A stretch of DNA of 64,000 bases from Antedon mediterranea (lineage: Eukaryota; Animalia; Echinodermata). The stretch is from positions 23,002,001-23,066,000 of the forward strand of contig NC_092674.1 of assembly GCF_964355755.1 (NCBI RefSeq). Reading direction: 5' to 3'. The notes under the pieces were generated by a model. That model worked only from the letters and a program-made list of their open reading frames with translations. It ran no database searches and was not told the DNA's origin. This document shows, piece after piece, positions 1-14,524 of this stretch (within the stretch, counting starts at the first letter, position 1; the number at the start of each line of letters is the position of its first letter). A program made the translations under genes and the position numbers.

Positions 1-3000
1 TAAGTGTCCCTTGCTATTAGGTGAATAACAGGTTGAGAATGTACGCAACTGGGTCACTATAAAGTACAGCCCTGAGAACGACAATAAAAATTATATTAAA
101 TGATAGCCAGTCAACAGAGGAACCGTTTATATGAAAATCAGGTATAAAATAGAAATGTAGGAAAATTCGGATTTCCTTTGTTGACCTAAGCGTTAATTCA
201 TCCAAATCAGTTTCGTTTTAATTTATAGTAAAAACAAAAAGAAAAAATTGTACAGTGCTTGGTGGTAGTTTAGCTATTCATCAGTTCTTTCAATTCCATG
301 ATTTTGATATTTTTAAGATTAAAAGTAATTTAATGGTGGGTTAATGAACTATTAATATAAATATATTTCTATGATTATGATATGACTAATATTGAAGATG
401 GAAGTTGAAATTAATCTGTTCAAGTCTGTGTCTGTAACTGGTAATATATTATGACAACACGAAATAATGACTCAAAAGAAAGCTGTCTTTAACTTTTATT
501 TAAATAGTTGGAAATTGCATGCATTTGTAAAGAATTTACTAAAAATAGAACTTAGTGGTTACTGTCTTCTGTAAGATAATCTTTGATTTTAAAATGATCA
601 CTTCCAACTTGTAATGTTATTGTATTAAAGATTTTATGACTTTTTCATTTCTTTTTTTAGAGATTAATTAATTATCATAATAAACACATGTAAATTTCAT
701 ATTTTTCGTTAAAAATATTGTATGAGAAAATACTACTGCAGCCATTTAAGAATAAAATAAGATTGCAAAATAGGTTACTGTAGATATAAACAGGTTTAGC
801 CATAAACAGGTTTAGTAATAGCTTTTAACGGTTTTGTTAAAGCTATAAAAACATTTGTTTTAAATAGGGACCTGGGACTTTAAAGTAATCTTCTTATTTT
901 TTCCCTGTGGTTTTAATGAACACTATTCTGACTTTTTGTATTACACAACTGACTCATCCTTCTAAAAAGCTTTTTTAGTTGTAAAAGCTGTTTTAAAAAG
1001 CTACCAGAGCATTGAAATATCCTTTGACTGGGAATCAATTTAGGAAAGACAGACAGACAAATGAACTCTTTATTCTTCTGTTACAAATAGATAGCTTTGA
1101 ATGGTATGGATCATGGCCTTCGGTTTCACAGTCATTTATTTCACATCTAGACTTTAAAAGCTCTTTGGAAATTTCAATGCTGTAAGATTAAGCAGGTTTT
1201 CATGAAGAAAAAAAGGAGTGGTATCTTCGTGTTTATGATCACCCCATTTTTTACACCAGTTAGAACTTATTGTAGCGTTTTGGTCAAAAGTTTTCCTGCT
1301 ATTTCTGAATTCAATCAACCATCCTATTACTAAATACTGACATGTTTAATAAGGCTATAAACGGACTTCCTACAGAAGTTCTCTAACTTATCAAATTATT
1401 ATACTTCATTAACTGTGCTTATAAATCAATATTCTTCATGCTCATCCGAATTACCAATCTGTTTACGCTCAATAGACCGTAGATACTGATAGCAATTAAG
1501 ATTCAAATACAACGGTTTACATTTATTTGTTTCTTAATTAAATTGAAATATTTAATGAATAAATGTAAATTTAATCTAATAAACGATAATTAAACAGTTA
1601 CATTATTCACACCAATTGCAAAATTTATTTAAATGCAAGTTTTTTTTTTAAACTGAAACAGCCTACCCTGCTGTTCGCCCCATCTTTAACAAATTACTCT
1701 GTTGTTTGTGTGAAGTAGTATAGGCTGAGCGTTTAGTTCAAACATGCTGTTTGAAACTTTCATTGCCAGTTTTTGGCGTGACAAAAACAAAAGAAAAGAA
1801 ATTAGTTTGTCAGCGGGAGATTTACACGTAACTTTAATCTTGATTAAATAGTTTTATAAACAGTTTTATAGTACTAGTAGAGGATAGAATGTTTAGAATG
1901 AATTTTATCTATTTCTGCCAGCAGAAGTCCGTTCAAAATTGCTAAAGTCATTTGTCTAGTACATTACACACAATACTAATGTGTCATTAGTAAGAATAGG
2001 AGGTTTGTTTTCTGTATGTGTTTAATGTCAAACTATTTATTTGTAATTTCAACACTCAAAATTCATAGAATAAGATTAAAGGAGGATTAAATGAAATTTG
2101 TAGTTCCTTTATGATAATTAACAGCTTAAAACATGTTTTTAATAATATTGTTACAAAGGTTACCATTTTGATGCAAGTATTATGAGTATATTCCTTGTTC
2201 ATTGACCTCACTTTACAAACAGAAGCTAGGTAACGATACGTTTGTTGTCTCGTTAAGTCAACTTGCTAACAGTTCTTAAAAGTTTTGTGTACATAAAAGC
2301 CTAAGTGCGATTGTGAATTTGCATTATTTCTAGAGATCGTATTATTTACTTCTGAAATGGAGCCAGTGTGTTAGGCCTGGTAAATGAATTGTAAAATATT
2401 GAAAACATAGGGACAGATTGATCCTCCAATTTTCCTTACCAACCCATGTTGAGTCCTGATAAGGGCCTAAGAGATATGAAACACCTAATTTTTCACCAGC
2501 GTACCGGGGCCTAGTATGTGTGCCTAGCAGTACCCATTCTTCCCTGGCAGTAATGACATACATGTTGAAGCACGATAACCATAATTGTTTAGGGAGGAAA
2601 CAAGCTTGATCAGACATGTACCTTATGTACTGAATTGGAAAACCAAAGCACTACCGCTAAAACTACATGCTCCATTACACCATTGACAAATAGATTCCAC
2701 TATGTAAGTCATCGTAAGCGATGTAAAAGTCTAAGCTAATAATCCTTTATACTTATACTTACTATAAATACAGTAGAAAGAAAAATTCAATTAACTTTAT
2801 ATGGTGTACCTGTTTTAACAAGTCAGTGAATATTAGCAATTTACGTCACAGTATATTTCTGATGAAAATCAAGATAAAAGTTATTGTTGTCCGTTTTTTG
2901 TGTTTTGTCAGTTGTGTACTTTTGCTGGTCAACTTGTGAAAATGTAGATAAAGTAGTTTTTGTCCACCTTTAATTTACCAGTGTATTGTGAATTGCTTGT

Positions 3001-4701
3001 TCAACTTGAACCTTCTTCATACAGTGGTATTTTGTATTTAATACTTTAGTAAACAAAGAGTTATAGTATTCAATTCAGTACTGGCTTGACCATTAAGAAG
3101 TAAAATAATTCTAAATGCCTTTCTTTTTAGCAAAATCATCGTGACCTTTTTGGTAATGTGGAATTGTTCCCATTCCATTAAATGAATTAAATCCAAAATT
3201 GATTTTAAAAATGTACAAAACTGTAAAGGACACAGTCAATTAGACTTTTGTGTGTTAAGTGATTTTGGATAAATTGTCTTATATTTTGTTCAACTAAGCA
3301 TTTAGATTGAACATGGCATGGATTTGTATAAAGTATAGTATTTATTATTAGATACTGTCTGTTTGAATGTTCATTGCAAGGTGTATGTAAATACTGAACC
3401 CATATTGAACAATAATACCACATTTGACATTAGATAAAATGTCAGACTGTTGTTTTGAAGAATTAAAGATAAGATGACCTTTGGTACACCTTTTCATAGA
3501 GGTATATAAACACTGGTTTGCACAGGGGTGAAACATGGTTGAAATAAGCAGTTGTTCAGTTGTGGCACAATTCATATACAACCAGGGTTGAGTCTATGAG
3601 GGGTAACACTTAAGTCATGCACTCCCCCTTTTGACAACTAAAATAATATTATTACTACTTTTTGATATAATCTATTTTTTTACAGATTATTGATATTATG
3701 ATGTTTATGTTCAACTGTTTAAAAAATCCTGGATTCATCTCCGACAACAATATAACAAGTTTTGTTATAAATTCCCCACCCTCCTTATCACCTGACTTTA
3801 ACTTAATAATAAAATGAAAATTAAATAATATTATAAATTAATAACTACAATTTTCATACATTTGCAATATTTTTTTAAAACATTTATTTTATTGGATATT
3901 TGGGACTGTGCGCTGAAGCAAAATCATTTAATTTCCCCTACGAGGCGGATACTTCCTTGTCGGTACAGGATGATTACCGTAATCGGTTGCGGTTAATTAC
4001 GTATAAAACTGGCTGAGGTTATTCGCACTGTAATATACTAAAAACAATTTGTCTGTTTTTTTTACTTTGCAGCCAAATGAAAAGGGTATGCTTTTAATTA
4101 TAATGCGATTTTAGATTTATAAAAGTGTATAATTTAGCAGGTCATGTCATCTGTCCTTCATGATTCCACCAAAAATTAAATGGATAAGCCTTTTATAATT
4201 TTAAAGCTTTCCAAGTGAATTGGTCAAATTGAAAAATCCCACTGACCATTAACTTTGACCTTCACAAAGCTGCAATCTAATATTTAGAATTAAAGCCAAT
4301 TTGTTGTAGTGTGATAGAGCAGCAGACGCCAAAAGGTGTTGGAAAGAATTTTTCACACCCTCAGATTTGGGAAATAAACTTTAATACAATGCCAGGTATT
4401 TTGTTTTTCTGCAAAGGTGCTACTTCTGGTCCACTTTGATCAAATCCTATTTTAGTATTTAGTATATAATCAAAATGATACTAATTTATTATGGGCACAT
4501 TGGGGCCCAGATTTGTCAATTTTAACACACCAAATTGTGCATATTGACAGTTTATGCACATAGGACCAACTGTGTAGCATCCCATCCGAAGGATGTAGAA
4601 ACAAACTTTTCTAATTATAAAAATAAGAATTACTTTGAACTTTTCATTGCTCTCACAAGTCACATGATTGATTCACATCCCTCCATCTTCTAATCTCTAC
4701 A

Positions 4702-4864
4702 TACAAGTAGATCCTCTATTAAGGGGACACCTTCAGTGTCCTCTGTCTTCTGAATAGAGGTTGGCAATTAGTGTTAAAACATATATTTCCATTATTTGTT
4801 TCAAAGCAAAGTGTCCCTTAATAGGAGTGTCAATGAATAGGTGTGTCCCAGAGAGTTCTACTTA
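4702..4864. mobile_element. Degenerate copy of CAGTAGAACCTCT MITE family
   Basis: gtagatcctctattaaggggacacc...gtgtcccttaatag...agagttctact. Confidence 0.6.
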
Positions 4865-7247
4865 ATTACAATAATAAATTGTTTCTTAAAGTAAGTCTTG
4901 TATAGTGACAAAATAAGTATATTATTGTTGAGCTTAACAGAGCATTTATCACAATAAATATAATATTTAATTTTTAACAATAGCATTACACCTTTCAGGG
5001 CTTTGATTGTGAGTTTCAATTATTATATACTTAAGCTATAGTTTACTGTTATTATGATACAGTGAACAAGTAGAATAAAAAATCAAACTACTCAAACTTT
5101 TAGGATAATATTATGAACTCTGCTTGCCCGGAATTTATTATACACCACTAACCGAGCGTGTTGAGCGTTTATAGAATGTTACACTTAAAATTATAATAAA
5201 GCGTTTTGTATTTCTTTAAACGTGCAACAATTTGACACATGGCAGGTACAGAGTATTGATTGACTTCATTCAATATCAATTAGTTGAATAAAAATGCAGT
5301 GAAACATGATATCTTATACTTTAGATTTTAAAGGATTTGTTTAAAAATTCTGTAGCTCAACATATTTGGTTTTTATTTCAATTTTTGTATCCAATTCAAG
5401 TTTTCTCAGCCAAGACATTTATCTGAGGGAACTTCTTTACTGGTTGGTTATTTTATCATTACCAAATTAATAAAAATTAAATCTGTATTAATATATCAAT
5501 ACCATTAACATTCCTAAAACAGGTGAATAACTAAACCATGGAGTTATAAATTACAATCTACTAATAGATTATTCATAAAATTGTAACAAGGGAATTCACA
5601 CCCCAAACTGGCCTGGCCCTGTAGCTAGAGTTGGTGACTGTTATATATCATCCAATAAAAATGTATGCTGCCCCTGGTCATTTGGGCAGATGGTCAAGAC
5701 ATAGAACATAACACTGACCATTGTGACACCTTTAATTCCCACACTATCGAATCAATGATGTTGTTGTTTATTGCTACAGTTACAAAATGCAATTTCTTTT
5801 AAAAACAACAGACAATTCTCCATGGTATATGCAACCAACAAGATGGTAACATAGATATTATTGATACCAGATATAATGATAAAATAAAAGTAAAGATTTG
5901 ATTGATTAAAAAAAACATTTTTGAAGACAAGAAAACATTGTAATATTTATACTTCAGACATAAACAGTCTATAGTAGTACATAAGGATTTTGACAATACC
6001 GATAATGAAAAGCGAAAACAGAATGTTAATTTGTATATATAAATATTTGTTGATGGATTTAAACATGTACTACAATGGAGAGAGGCATTATACCAATAGA
6101 TAAAAGTTTTGGTCCTCTCTCCTTCATCTTTTTTGTTTTCTTTGTAATGTATTATACCATATGGGCAATTGTCTGAAATAAAAGTTGAATTGAATTGAAT
6201 TAAAAAATAAATAAAAAATACATGTTGTTTTACAAAACACTAGTATTCACATTTGAAACTTTCAATTATGTAACAATTTATAGTTTGTACAACTATTAAT
6301 ATTAATTGTGGTTTGTTTTTTTATTTTAAGAATTATTGAGGTTTTTTACAGGTTCTGTTTTTTGTAATTATGACTCAAGTGATGACAACGTCACTTTGTT
6401 GTCGGCGAAGGTCGTTCTTTTTAAATATTTCTTTTGGAGGAAGGATGAGCATTTTTTCCCCCACCACAAACAGATTAATGATTCATGAAGGCGACAAGCG
6501 ATCTATAGTGATTTCCGGATTTTAATCTACCATATCAGGGATTTGTGTACTTCCATACTTTAGGGCGTGAATGAACCATTTGCACATTCGTCATTATTTC
6601 ACTAATTAATTGTTTAATATAATTTAATTGTATCTACCAATTCAGTAAATCAAATAAATATTTTGTGATTCAAAACCTACAGAAAGCATTCACCCAACAT
6701 CCCATTGTAAGTACCCAATTCGGTATCGACTAAACTAACCACGCTGGGAAAAAAGTCCAATTCAGAACATTCACCATGTGAGTCAATCGTTTTTAACATC
6801 ACGGTAAATCTTGGTAAAACTAACTCCATGAAAATATCCAAGTGCGAACAATGGTCAAATTGTGACATTTTTCAAGTCCAGTGCGAACAAGGTTTTAATG
6901 CGTTCTGGTTCAACTGCCTTTTAATATCAAATACCTGTATACCTTGTTTTTTTAATTTTTTCCCAATAGCTATAGTCTAAAGTTTCTCTCAGAGGATGTC
7001 TATAACTCTAGTATTTCTGTTTCGAATTTGTTTGTATCTACAGTTTGTTTTGATAAAATAATATCTTGAGTAGATATTTAACCCGACAGACACCTTGTCA
7101 GATTACCTCGAATCAGTGTAGGATAGAAATTAGCTTTTGGGTAGAGTTCATGCCTCAAGGTTTTTGTTGTATTAAATTTTCTCAGCTATATTGTTCCAGG
7201 GAAGCTGTAAAGTAGGCGCCATTACAGTACTTGAAAAAGTTTTTTAA

Positions 7248-7873
7248 AGACCCCTTCCCTGCAATTTTGGACGTTTTTTGGAAAATTATACATATATATC
7301 ACTTTAAAAACATTAAACCATGTCATTTCTTGTCTTAAATGTACGTTTTATGGTAAATTATGATAAAAAGTGAGAAACAATGCACTACCTAAGTAGCTCG
7401 CGGCGATCGACCTCTCGTGGACGGTCTTAGGCCTAGCCTAGCTAGGCTTAGTTTTGTAGGCCTAGCTGGTAAACATCGGTAACGTACGAACATCGTACGC
7501 GAGCTATATACCTAGCCTGACGTTGTATAGTTGCTGCATTAATTGTCTTTCTATTTTTGCCAGACTCCTTTGATACAAATTGGGGAAAACCCGGTATTTT
7601 CGCTGAAAAGTTAGGAGTCTTCCATTTGTTTTGGCCTCACGATCGATTGAAAAGTGGGCGAATTACAGGTGAAAAACAAAAATATCAATCCGCGCGCAAT
7701 GCATTTTGGGATTTATAGCGGGCCGCTATAATTATTAAAATCGACTTATTTTTCACATTTTTAACCGTTTAAAGACGAAAAAAGTTATCGCAATAGGACC
7801 ATATAGTATTATTTTTACATTAAATATAGTTTGTGATCTTAAATTAGATCTAAAAAACGTAGGGAATGGGGCT
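7248..7873. mobile_element. Non-autonomous Kolobok-like DNA transposon
   Basis: TTAA on both flanks (7244-7247, 7874-7877); AG...CT termini; imperfect 15-bp TIR AGACCCCTTCCCTGC vs AGCCCCATTCCCTAC (reverse complement of right end); CpG-rich interior. Confidence 0.7.
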
Positions 7874-8786
7874 TTAAGACAAATAGTGAACATAACGATT
7901 AAAAGATAAGGTTGTGATTTACCAAGTTATCGATATTGATTGATTGATTGATCAGTGACAAGTTTATATCGGTTGCTGTTATATTACAAATTTCATAACA
8001 GTAATAGGATTATGATTTTTTGAATTAATGTGAAGATTTATGTCAGCTCTTATGCATGAAGATGCTACAAGTCTAGCTATGTTATCTAAAGGTATAAACG
8101 TCAGACTAGTGATTTTGAGGTTGTGGGTTCAAATCCCATTACACAGTAGGGCAAGACATCTGACTCATAAAAATTATTTATAGATATTTCTTTATTTTGT
8201 ATTATATAAAAAAAAAGAATTTATAATGAAAAATTCATGTTATTCATTTGTTTTCCAAGGTAACATAAATTGGAGATAAAGTAAAACGCCTTGGCGCTAA
8301 ATTAGTGCAATAATGACATAATAAATTTAACCATGGCCTTTTTATAATAAAAGAAAATCTGAATATTCTAAAGCCTTGATGACCACCAATGTGGAAGGAA
8401 GAAGTAATTAACGTAAAGAAGTAGTTTAATGATTTTATATTTGAGTTTTGGAATTTCCTTTGTATATTCAAACATATACTGTACAGTTGTTGAGAGGAGA
8501 CTTGAACCTGTGCTGATATTATGACTTTGCTCGACCATTCAACTCGCCATATTTAAAATTGTTTAATATCTAGACCCGATTAAATGACAGAGTAAACAGA
8601 AACAGAGTCATGTATTACATGCTTTAAGGCAAGATATGTTTACAAGTAACATGATGATATTGGCATGTCAAGTATCTTATCAAAGAAAAAAAGTATGATG
8701 GTAATTTAGTAATAGATAAAGTATGAATATTGCACAATTATTTTGACTGACTTCTGTCGCTAACGACAATGTCAATTAGTCTTGTA

Positions 8787-9028
8787 TTTTTTTATTCTTA
8801 TTTATTTATTTTTTTTTTTTATTTCATACTCATCAAACAGCGAGTAACTCGCCAATTACAGGATAGATAAACTATTTATTAATTTATCGTGCTTATAAAC
8901 TAAGTCTCATTTGAGGCTTAGGGAGTGGAGTTGAAAGAGTCATGAGTTACAACCCTGCACTAGGTCAGGATTGAACCCGGGACCTTGGGATTGGAAGGCA
9001 AGCATGTTAACCACCAAGCTACAGTTCC
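8787..9028 (-). mobile_element. tRNA-derived SINE
   Basis: On - strand: A box TAGCTTGGTGG (9021-9011), B box GGTTCAATCC (8977-8968), unrelated body, then A-rich tail (T-rich on + at 8787-8824). Confidence 0.7.
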
Positions 9029-10591
9029 ACTACAAAATTTATCTGAATGATGGATGAAACTAAGCCAGGAGCACCTCTGGCTGGTCCTATAAATTTACCA
9101 AGGGCTTCTCTTGTCCAATGTTTAGGTGGACAACAACTTTTATTTTTAAAAAAAGGCTCAAGAATCAAGAATTACCCAAAGGTACTGTACTCATATTTCC
9201 AGTATTTATCAATCACACTAGTGAGATATCTCTTAAATACTAAGTATTTCACTTAAGTCAATACATATAAGTGGTATTCAATTAAGATAAAGAAAGTTTT
9301 TAATATAAGGGTATTATAAATGCGAATGGTGATGGTCAATCAAACTCTGTGAATTTAATTTTTTGGGTTTGTTGTTATTAATAGTTTGTGTGTGAGTTTA
9401 TATTTGCTAGACAAACCTTTACCTTTTTAAATTAGATACAAAGTTGTATTATCAATTGAGCTAATTTGTTACAATTATTAGTCTTGATAAGAACTCAGTG
9501 GTATCTTGTCTTCAATAGATCATCTTTCAATTGCTTATGACTCTGATTCCCTGAGAGGTTAATTTGCATCCAACATTGCTTTCTTATTGGCTATTGAGTT
9601 GCTATTAGTTACACAGTTGGGTAGCATCATTTTATCAATTGACTGGTGTATGTTGATGTTTCAAACTACTTTAGAAAGGCCTGAAAATTGAAAGCAAATT
9701 TGAAAGGGATAAATGTTATCGAAATAAAGATACTGTACTGTATTTTTGTACATTTACTATACACATTTTTGATCAAGATTAATAAATCGTATAATATAAT
9801 CGTATTCTGACAGACATTGCATTAGAATTTTTGGTTCAATATTCTCAAGTGATCGAAAGTTTATCCAATGTTGCAATTTGTAGCTTACCAGAAATAATTC
9901 AAAGTGAATATAAAGCTATGTCCTATTTGTTTGTCAGTTAGATTTTGCACTTGTTTACGCATTGCAAATAGTGCATGCATATTGAGTGCAGTCAATTTGC
10001 TAGGCCTGATCGCAATAAGATGTATATCCATGGTAGGAAGAAAAGGCGACTGATATTAACAACAATGTGTCAACTATCACAGGATAAAATTATTTGTTTA
10101 GGAAGTGTGTTGCTTCTTCTTCTTTAATTTCCTGTCTGCCTTCAGATGGTTTATAAGGAGGAAACAAATAATTATGGCACAACTGTAGGAAATTAAGTAA
10201 TATTAAACCTGGCCTATTGATTTATGAAATGTATATTTTGATTCTTTTTAACAGCAGTAAGCCTACAGTCTTGCTATTATATCAGTTGATTTTGTTTTCC
10301 TATTGTCTGTTTTGCATACTAGCAGAGTAGACATAAAGCAAACCTAAAAGAAAAGTTTACAAAATTGGTGTCATTGATGCCATTCCCCGTGTCATTCCTC
10401 ATTTAATTTCTTTTGAACAGATTGAAAACACGTAATTATAAATTCAAAATGATAATTGTAAGGTTATCTTCCTACATACAAAACACATGTAATGCATTTT
10501 AAATTCTCTAAAAAGATAATCAGTAATTTTAAAACTGCGAAAGAGTACTGGTACTGTACAAAGGAGAAGAGAAAAGAGTAAAGTTTGGTAA

Positions 10592-10747
10592 TGCTTGGTT
10601 CCCACTAGAGAGGCAACACAAGCATACAACACAAAGTAAGTTAGTTCACCAATCACATGCAATGAATTATTCAAACTCGTTTGTCAGTAGTCAACACGCA
10701 TGCGTTGCATCTACAATCTTGCGTTACGTCATAGTGGGAACCAAGCT
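10592..10747. mobile_element. PIF/Harbinger-type MITE (family 1)
   Basis: TIR GCTTGGTTCCCACTA / TAGTGGGAACCAAGC; TAA on both flanks; related copies at 60260-60339 and (degenerate) 43130-43263. Confidence 0.75.
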
Positions 10748-12840
10748 TAATTATTATACAGTAAGCATGTTATACTAAAAATAGCTATATCTGAAATGGA
10801 ATTAATGTTAATCCATAAGATTGCTCTCAAATGAAAGAGTTCTAAATTTATTTGTGATTTGATTATATTGAGTATATTAATTATCCTCTTTCATATATAT
10901 TATAGAAGTTCTTTTTTCCCTTAGAATAGTGACCTGATTCCCAGGCGTAGACTTATTATATAGGTGTCATCTACTTTGATGCAGACAGACACATTGTGTG
11001 AATTTCAGTTTGTGACATACTTAATATAATAATATGGTAATGGTTATTCTATGATTGCTTGTTTTCACAAGACACCTTTTGTCTGGTTAATGAATAATGG
11101 TATAGAATCATAAAAAAAAATAGTAAAACTCTTTCAAAATTGAGATTACTTTAAAGGATAGGCATTTTTATTGGAAATGTCTCTGCTCTCTCAATGCAGT
11201 GGCGTAACAAAGGGGAAAATGGGACTGCTGACTCTTGTGGTTACAGGTAATCATATTACTTTAGCAGTCCCTGACCAATTTCATCTTTGTACATTGTATA
11301 TATGTTTTGTTGGTCGAATAAATAAATGAAATGAAATGAAATGAAAAAGTGGTCCCATGGTTTAGCACCCCTCCTAAGGGACCCTCTAATACTGAAGTTA
11401 TATTGGCTGCTCATATGCCCTTAAGATCTGGGGCCCTGGGTTTAGCCAGTGAGCGCTCCTGACCGTTGTCCACCCAAAAAAAAAACCAGAAACCTCTTTC
11501 ATTTTCTTTTATAGTGCTTTAATCATTATTTCCTCTACTGGTTTAATCAACTTATTGAAAATTGACATTTTAACATTTACTGACTTTCATATTCCAGGGA
11601 TACCATGTGTTTTTGTTGGTATACAATTTGAACTCTAGAGGGAGATATTAACATTCCAAATACTGTATTGATTAGACTTTTGTATTGAAATATCAGGTAA
11701 AGGAAGATGGGGTTAAGGCACTTGAAACCAACCTTCAATAGGGCAACAGTAAAGGCTTTAGCACACTAGGTGTAAAATAATTAGTTAGCCTAATGGAGAA
11801 AAGACATTTTGATACCTTTACCATATGAGGACAGGATGTAACTTTGAATATGAGGTCAAACTAAGGTTACCAAGAATGTTGTTAAGCAGATTTACAGTTT
11901 GAAATGCTTCCAATAATTGTATTTTTGTTTTGATAGCCTTCACAAATGTAAATATACATTAATAATAAAGATTTGTTAAAACAATGTTTGTTTTGAATTA
12001 AAGAAAGAAGTTATATGTTCTATTTATAAGTTTAGGTAGTATTCCAAAAATGAAAATACATTTGCAAAAAAACACAAGCAATTTGTGTTCAGACAAGGAG
12101 CTAATTTGTCACAATTCAATGTCAATGTGCTATGTATGTTTGTTTAGTACATCCAAAATAAAAATGAAATGTGTGCAGATGGCAGATTTGCAGATTCCTT
12201 ATCATTAAAAGATAAACAGATCAAATTATTCACATCTTCCTTAGGAAATCTTACAATTTTTTGGGGAAATCTTAAAATTTCTTAGGGAAGTGGAGGATTA
12301 AGTTTTGCTACTGTCAAGAGGTTTGGCACACATAGGGTAGATGTCCGCCTGAACTTGTCACATAGCTCAGGCTTTGTTGTAAACAAACATCTACAGGATA
12401 ATACATAATCTTCAATATGCTTGAAAACCTTGACAGTAAGATGCACCTTACCTTTCCCAGGAGAATAAAGTACTTAATTCTTAAACAAAATCAACTTATA
12501 TTTATGAATAAAATATTACCTGTAATGTCAATGTTTTTTGTAATTGGTTATTTATTTGTGTTGGCAAAAGGTTTAGTTAACATTACTTTTACATACAGTA
12601 ACTCAGAAAGGCATTTTTTTGGAAACTATACAGGAGAATCTTGATGCACTTGCTATAATACTTTAGAATGATAAAAATATAGCAGGTGTCATGTCAAGAT
12701 TTCTTCTTTAATTTGAACTGATATGTTAAAATAGTTTGGCCTTTACATAAATGGGAAAATAATTGTTATAGTATGGCTTGTTGTTGCGATGTTCATTTGT
12801 AGAAGGCTAGACATTTTTTGTAAATGTTAAATATATAACC

Positions 12841-12870
12841 AGGGAGTTGTAAAATATTTTACAACTCCCT
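12841..12870. repeat. Perfect 30-bp palindrome with flanking direct repeat
   Basis: AGGGAGTTGTAAAATATTTTACAACTCCCT is its own reverse complement; ATATAAC at 12833-12839 and 12872-12878. Confidence 0.9.
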
Positions 12871-14524
12871 AATATAACTACCATAAGTACAAGGTATTGG
12901 ATAATGTGACTTTTTTAAAGAGCGATTATGGTACATTGGTAAAGTAATAAGACTGGCATATGAGAAGGCATGGGTTCAACACCTGTTTGTACCACCTTTT
13001 ATTTCCTTTAGAGGTGGTGCTTTTCTCTCATGTACAATACATGATATAAATATAACTTAAAACACTATTAAAAAAAGGATTGAGATTGTTGTCTTTCATT
13101 AATGACCATAGTAGCAGAATAGTAGGCTTCTTCTTTTGTAGATAGATCTAGATTTCTATAGGAGCATTAAATCAAATCCAGGATATTTTACTAAACACTG
13201 TTCTATATGATTTTTTTTGCACATACCTAATCTATATTATATACATAGGACATTCCAAATGATGGATAATGGTTTATACAAATTCCAATGGTACAATGTC
13301 ATTATTATTATTATCAAAGCATCCAGACAATGTTAAAATAGCCTGGCTTCATCTACAAAGTTTATTTGCTAACAGTGTGTTGGGTCATGTCAGGTCAATG
13401 GGGTTGTTCTTGCAGCATCCATATTCAGCACTCAATCCTTTTTCCTAATCACAGTGATGATGACTTGATTTATGAACCTATAATTCTTTGAGCTAGTTCC
13501 TAGAGATTAACCTTTGCCTCCATTTACACTACTGAAGTCATTCCTGCTCAAGTTTAAATTTTCTGTGTCATCAAGCATTTTTATGATACAACTTATTGAT
13601 CTAGATAGCCTTTTGTAAACTGTAGTTAGGGTTATTTCACTTGATACATTTTTCTTTTATCTATGTATTTCATAGTATAGAATGCTAGTTGAGGATTAAA
13701 TGTTTGCATCAATGTTCCATTCAATTATTATGCAGCTGAGTTCCTTGAAAAAATGTTATTTTTACATTGTATGGCTTCTGACCTACTTTTTGAAAGAGGA
13801 AAATATGGTATACACATATGGGACCTTCATCTGATTTACCAATTCATTTTCTGGAAAGATTCTTGTACATTTCTGGCTTTTATTATACTATAATATTCTT
13901 GATAGTCATAGGTTAAAAATATATATTTTATATAAGCCTACAAGAAATAGATTTCCAAATGAGCATATCATATCCTATGTAATCTTCCATTTTCCAGACC
14001 AGTGAATTACATTGACTGTGAACTTCATCCTAAATGGGTTCATTTGATGATTGATACTGTCCCACATATCAGAGCCAACAAGAAACAGTATGCTTTCACC
14101 CAAGATGTTTTCAGCTTAAAGCTGTATTATTGATAATAGAATACATATAGTCATTGGAAACTGATTTTAAATTTATTTCTGGAACATCATCATCCAGGGG
14201 CCTATTTAAATTATAAATAATGACCAACTCACAAACTCAGTAGGGTTTTAGTAAAGGATGGATGTTTTCAAAGAAGTGTTCTTATGTTTTTCTTATTTAA
14301 ATAATTCCCTCGGGGCTTTTATATTTTAGCAATGTTGGCTATGGAATTACATATTATTCACTATTTTAATGTAATGTTAGGCTTATTTGATTTACAAAGA
14401 AATAGCAAAGCAAACAAGATAGCTGAATTACTTATTTGCTGGATATTGATGTTATTTTAAAACCTGGGTGGTTTGAAACATGTTAGAGATATTGAAGGAA
14501 GATACGGCATCAAAGATGAGTTAT

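Noticed and set aside
1-6. Window starts TAAGTG, possibly the tail of a GTAAGT donor of the preceding FREM exon
   Set aside because: The preceding bases are not visible, so this cannot be supported.
8955-9030. Functional tRNA-Gly gene
   Set aside because: No acceptor stem, poor anticodon stem, and it continues into a body with an A-rich tail, so it is a SINE.
11196-11470. hAT-like MITE beginning CAGTGGCGTA, interrupted by a (TGAAA)n-tailed LINE end
   Set aside because: No matching right TIR or TSD found; too degraded to delimit.
13998-14087. 90-nt AG/GT-bounded segment as the missing upstream FREM2 exon (human exon 2 is about 90 nt as I recall)
   Set aside because: In the required phase-1 frame it reads AC CAG TGA (stop); the open frame (PVNYIDCELHPKW...) does not resemble FREM2.
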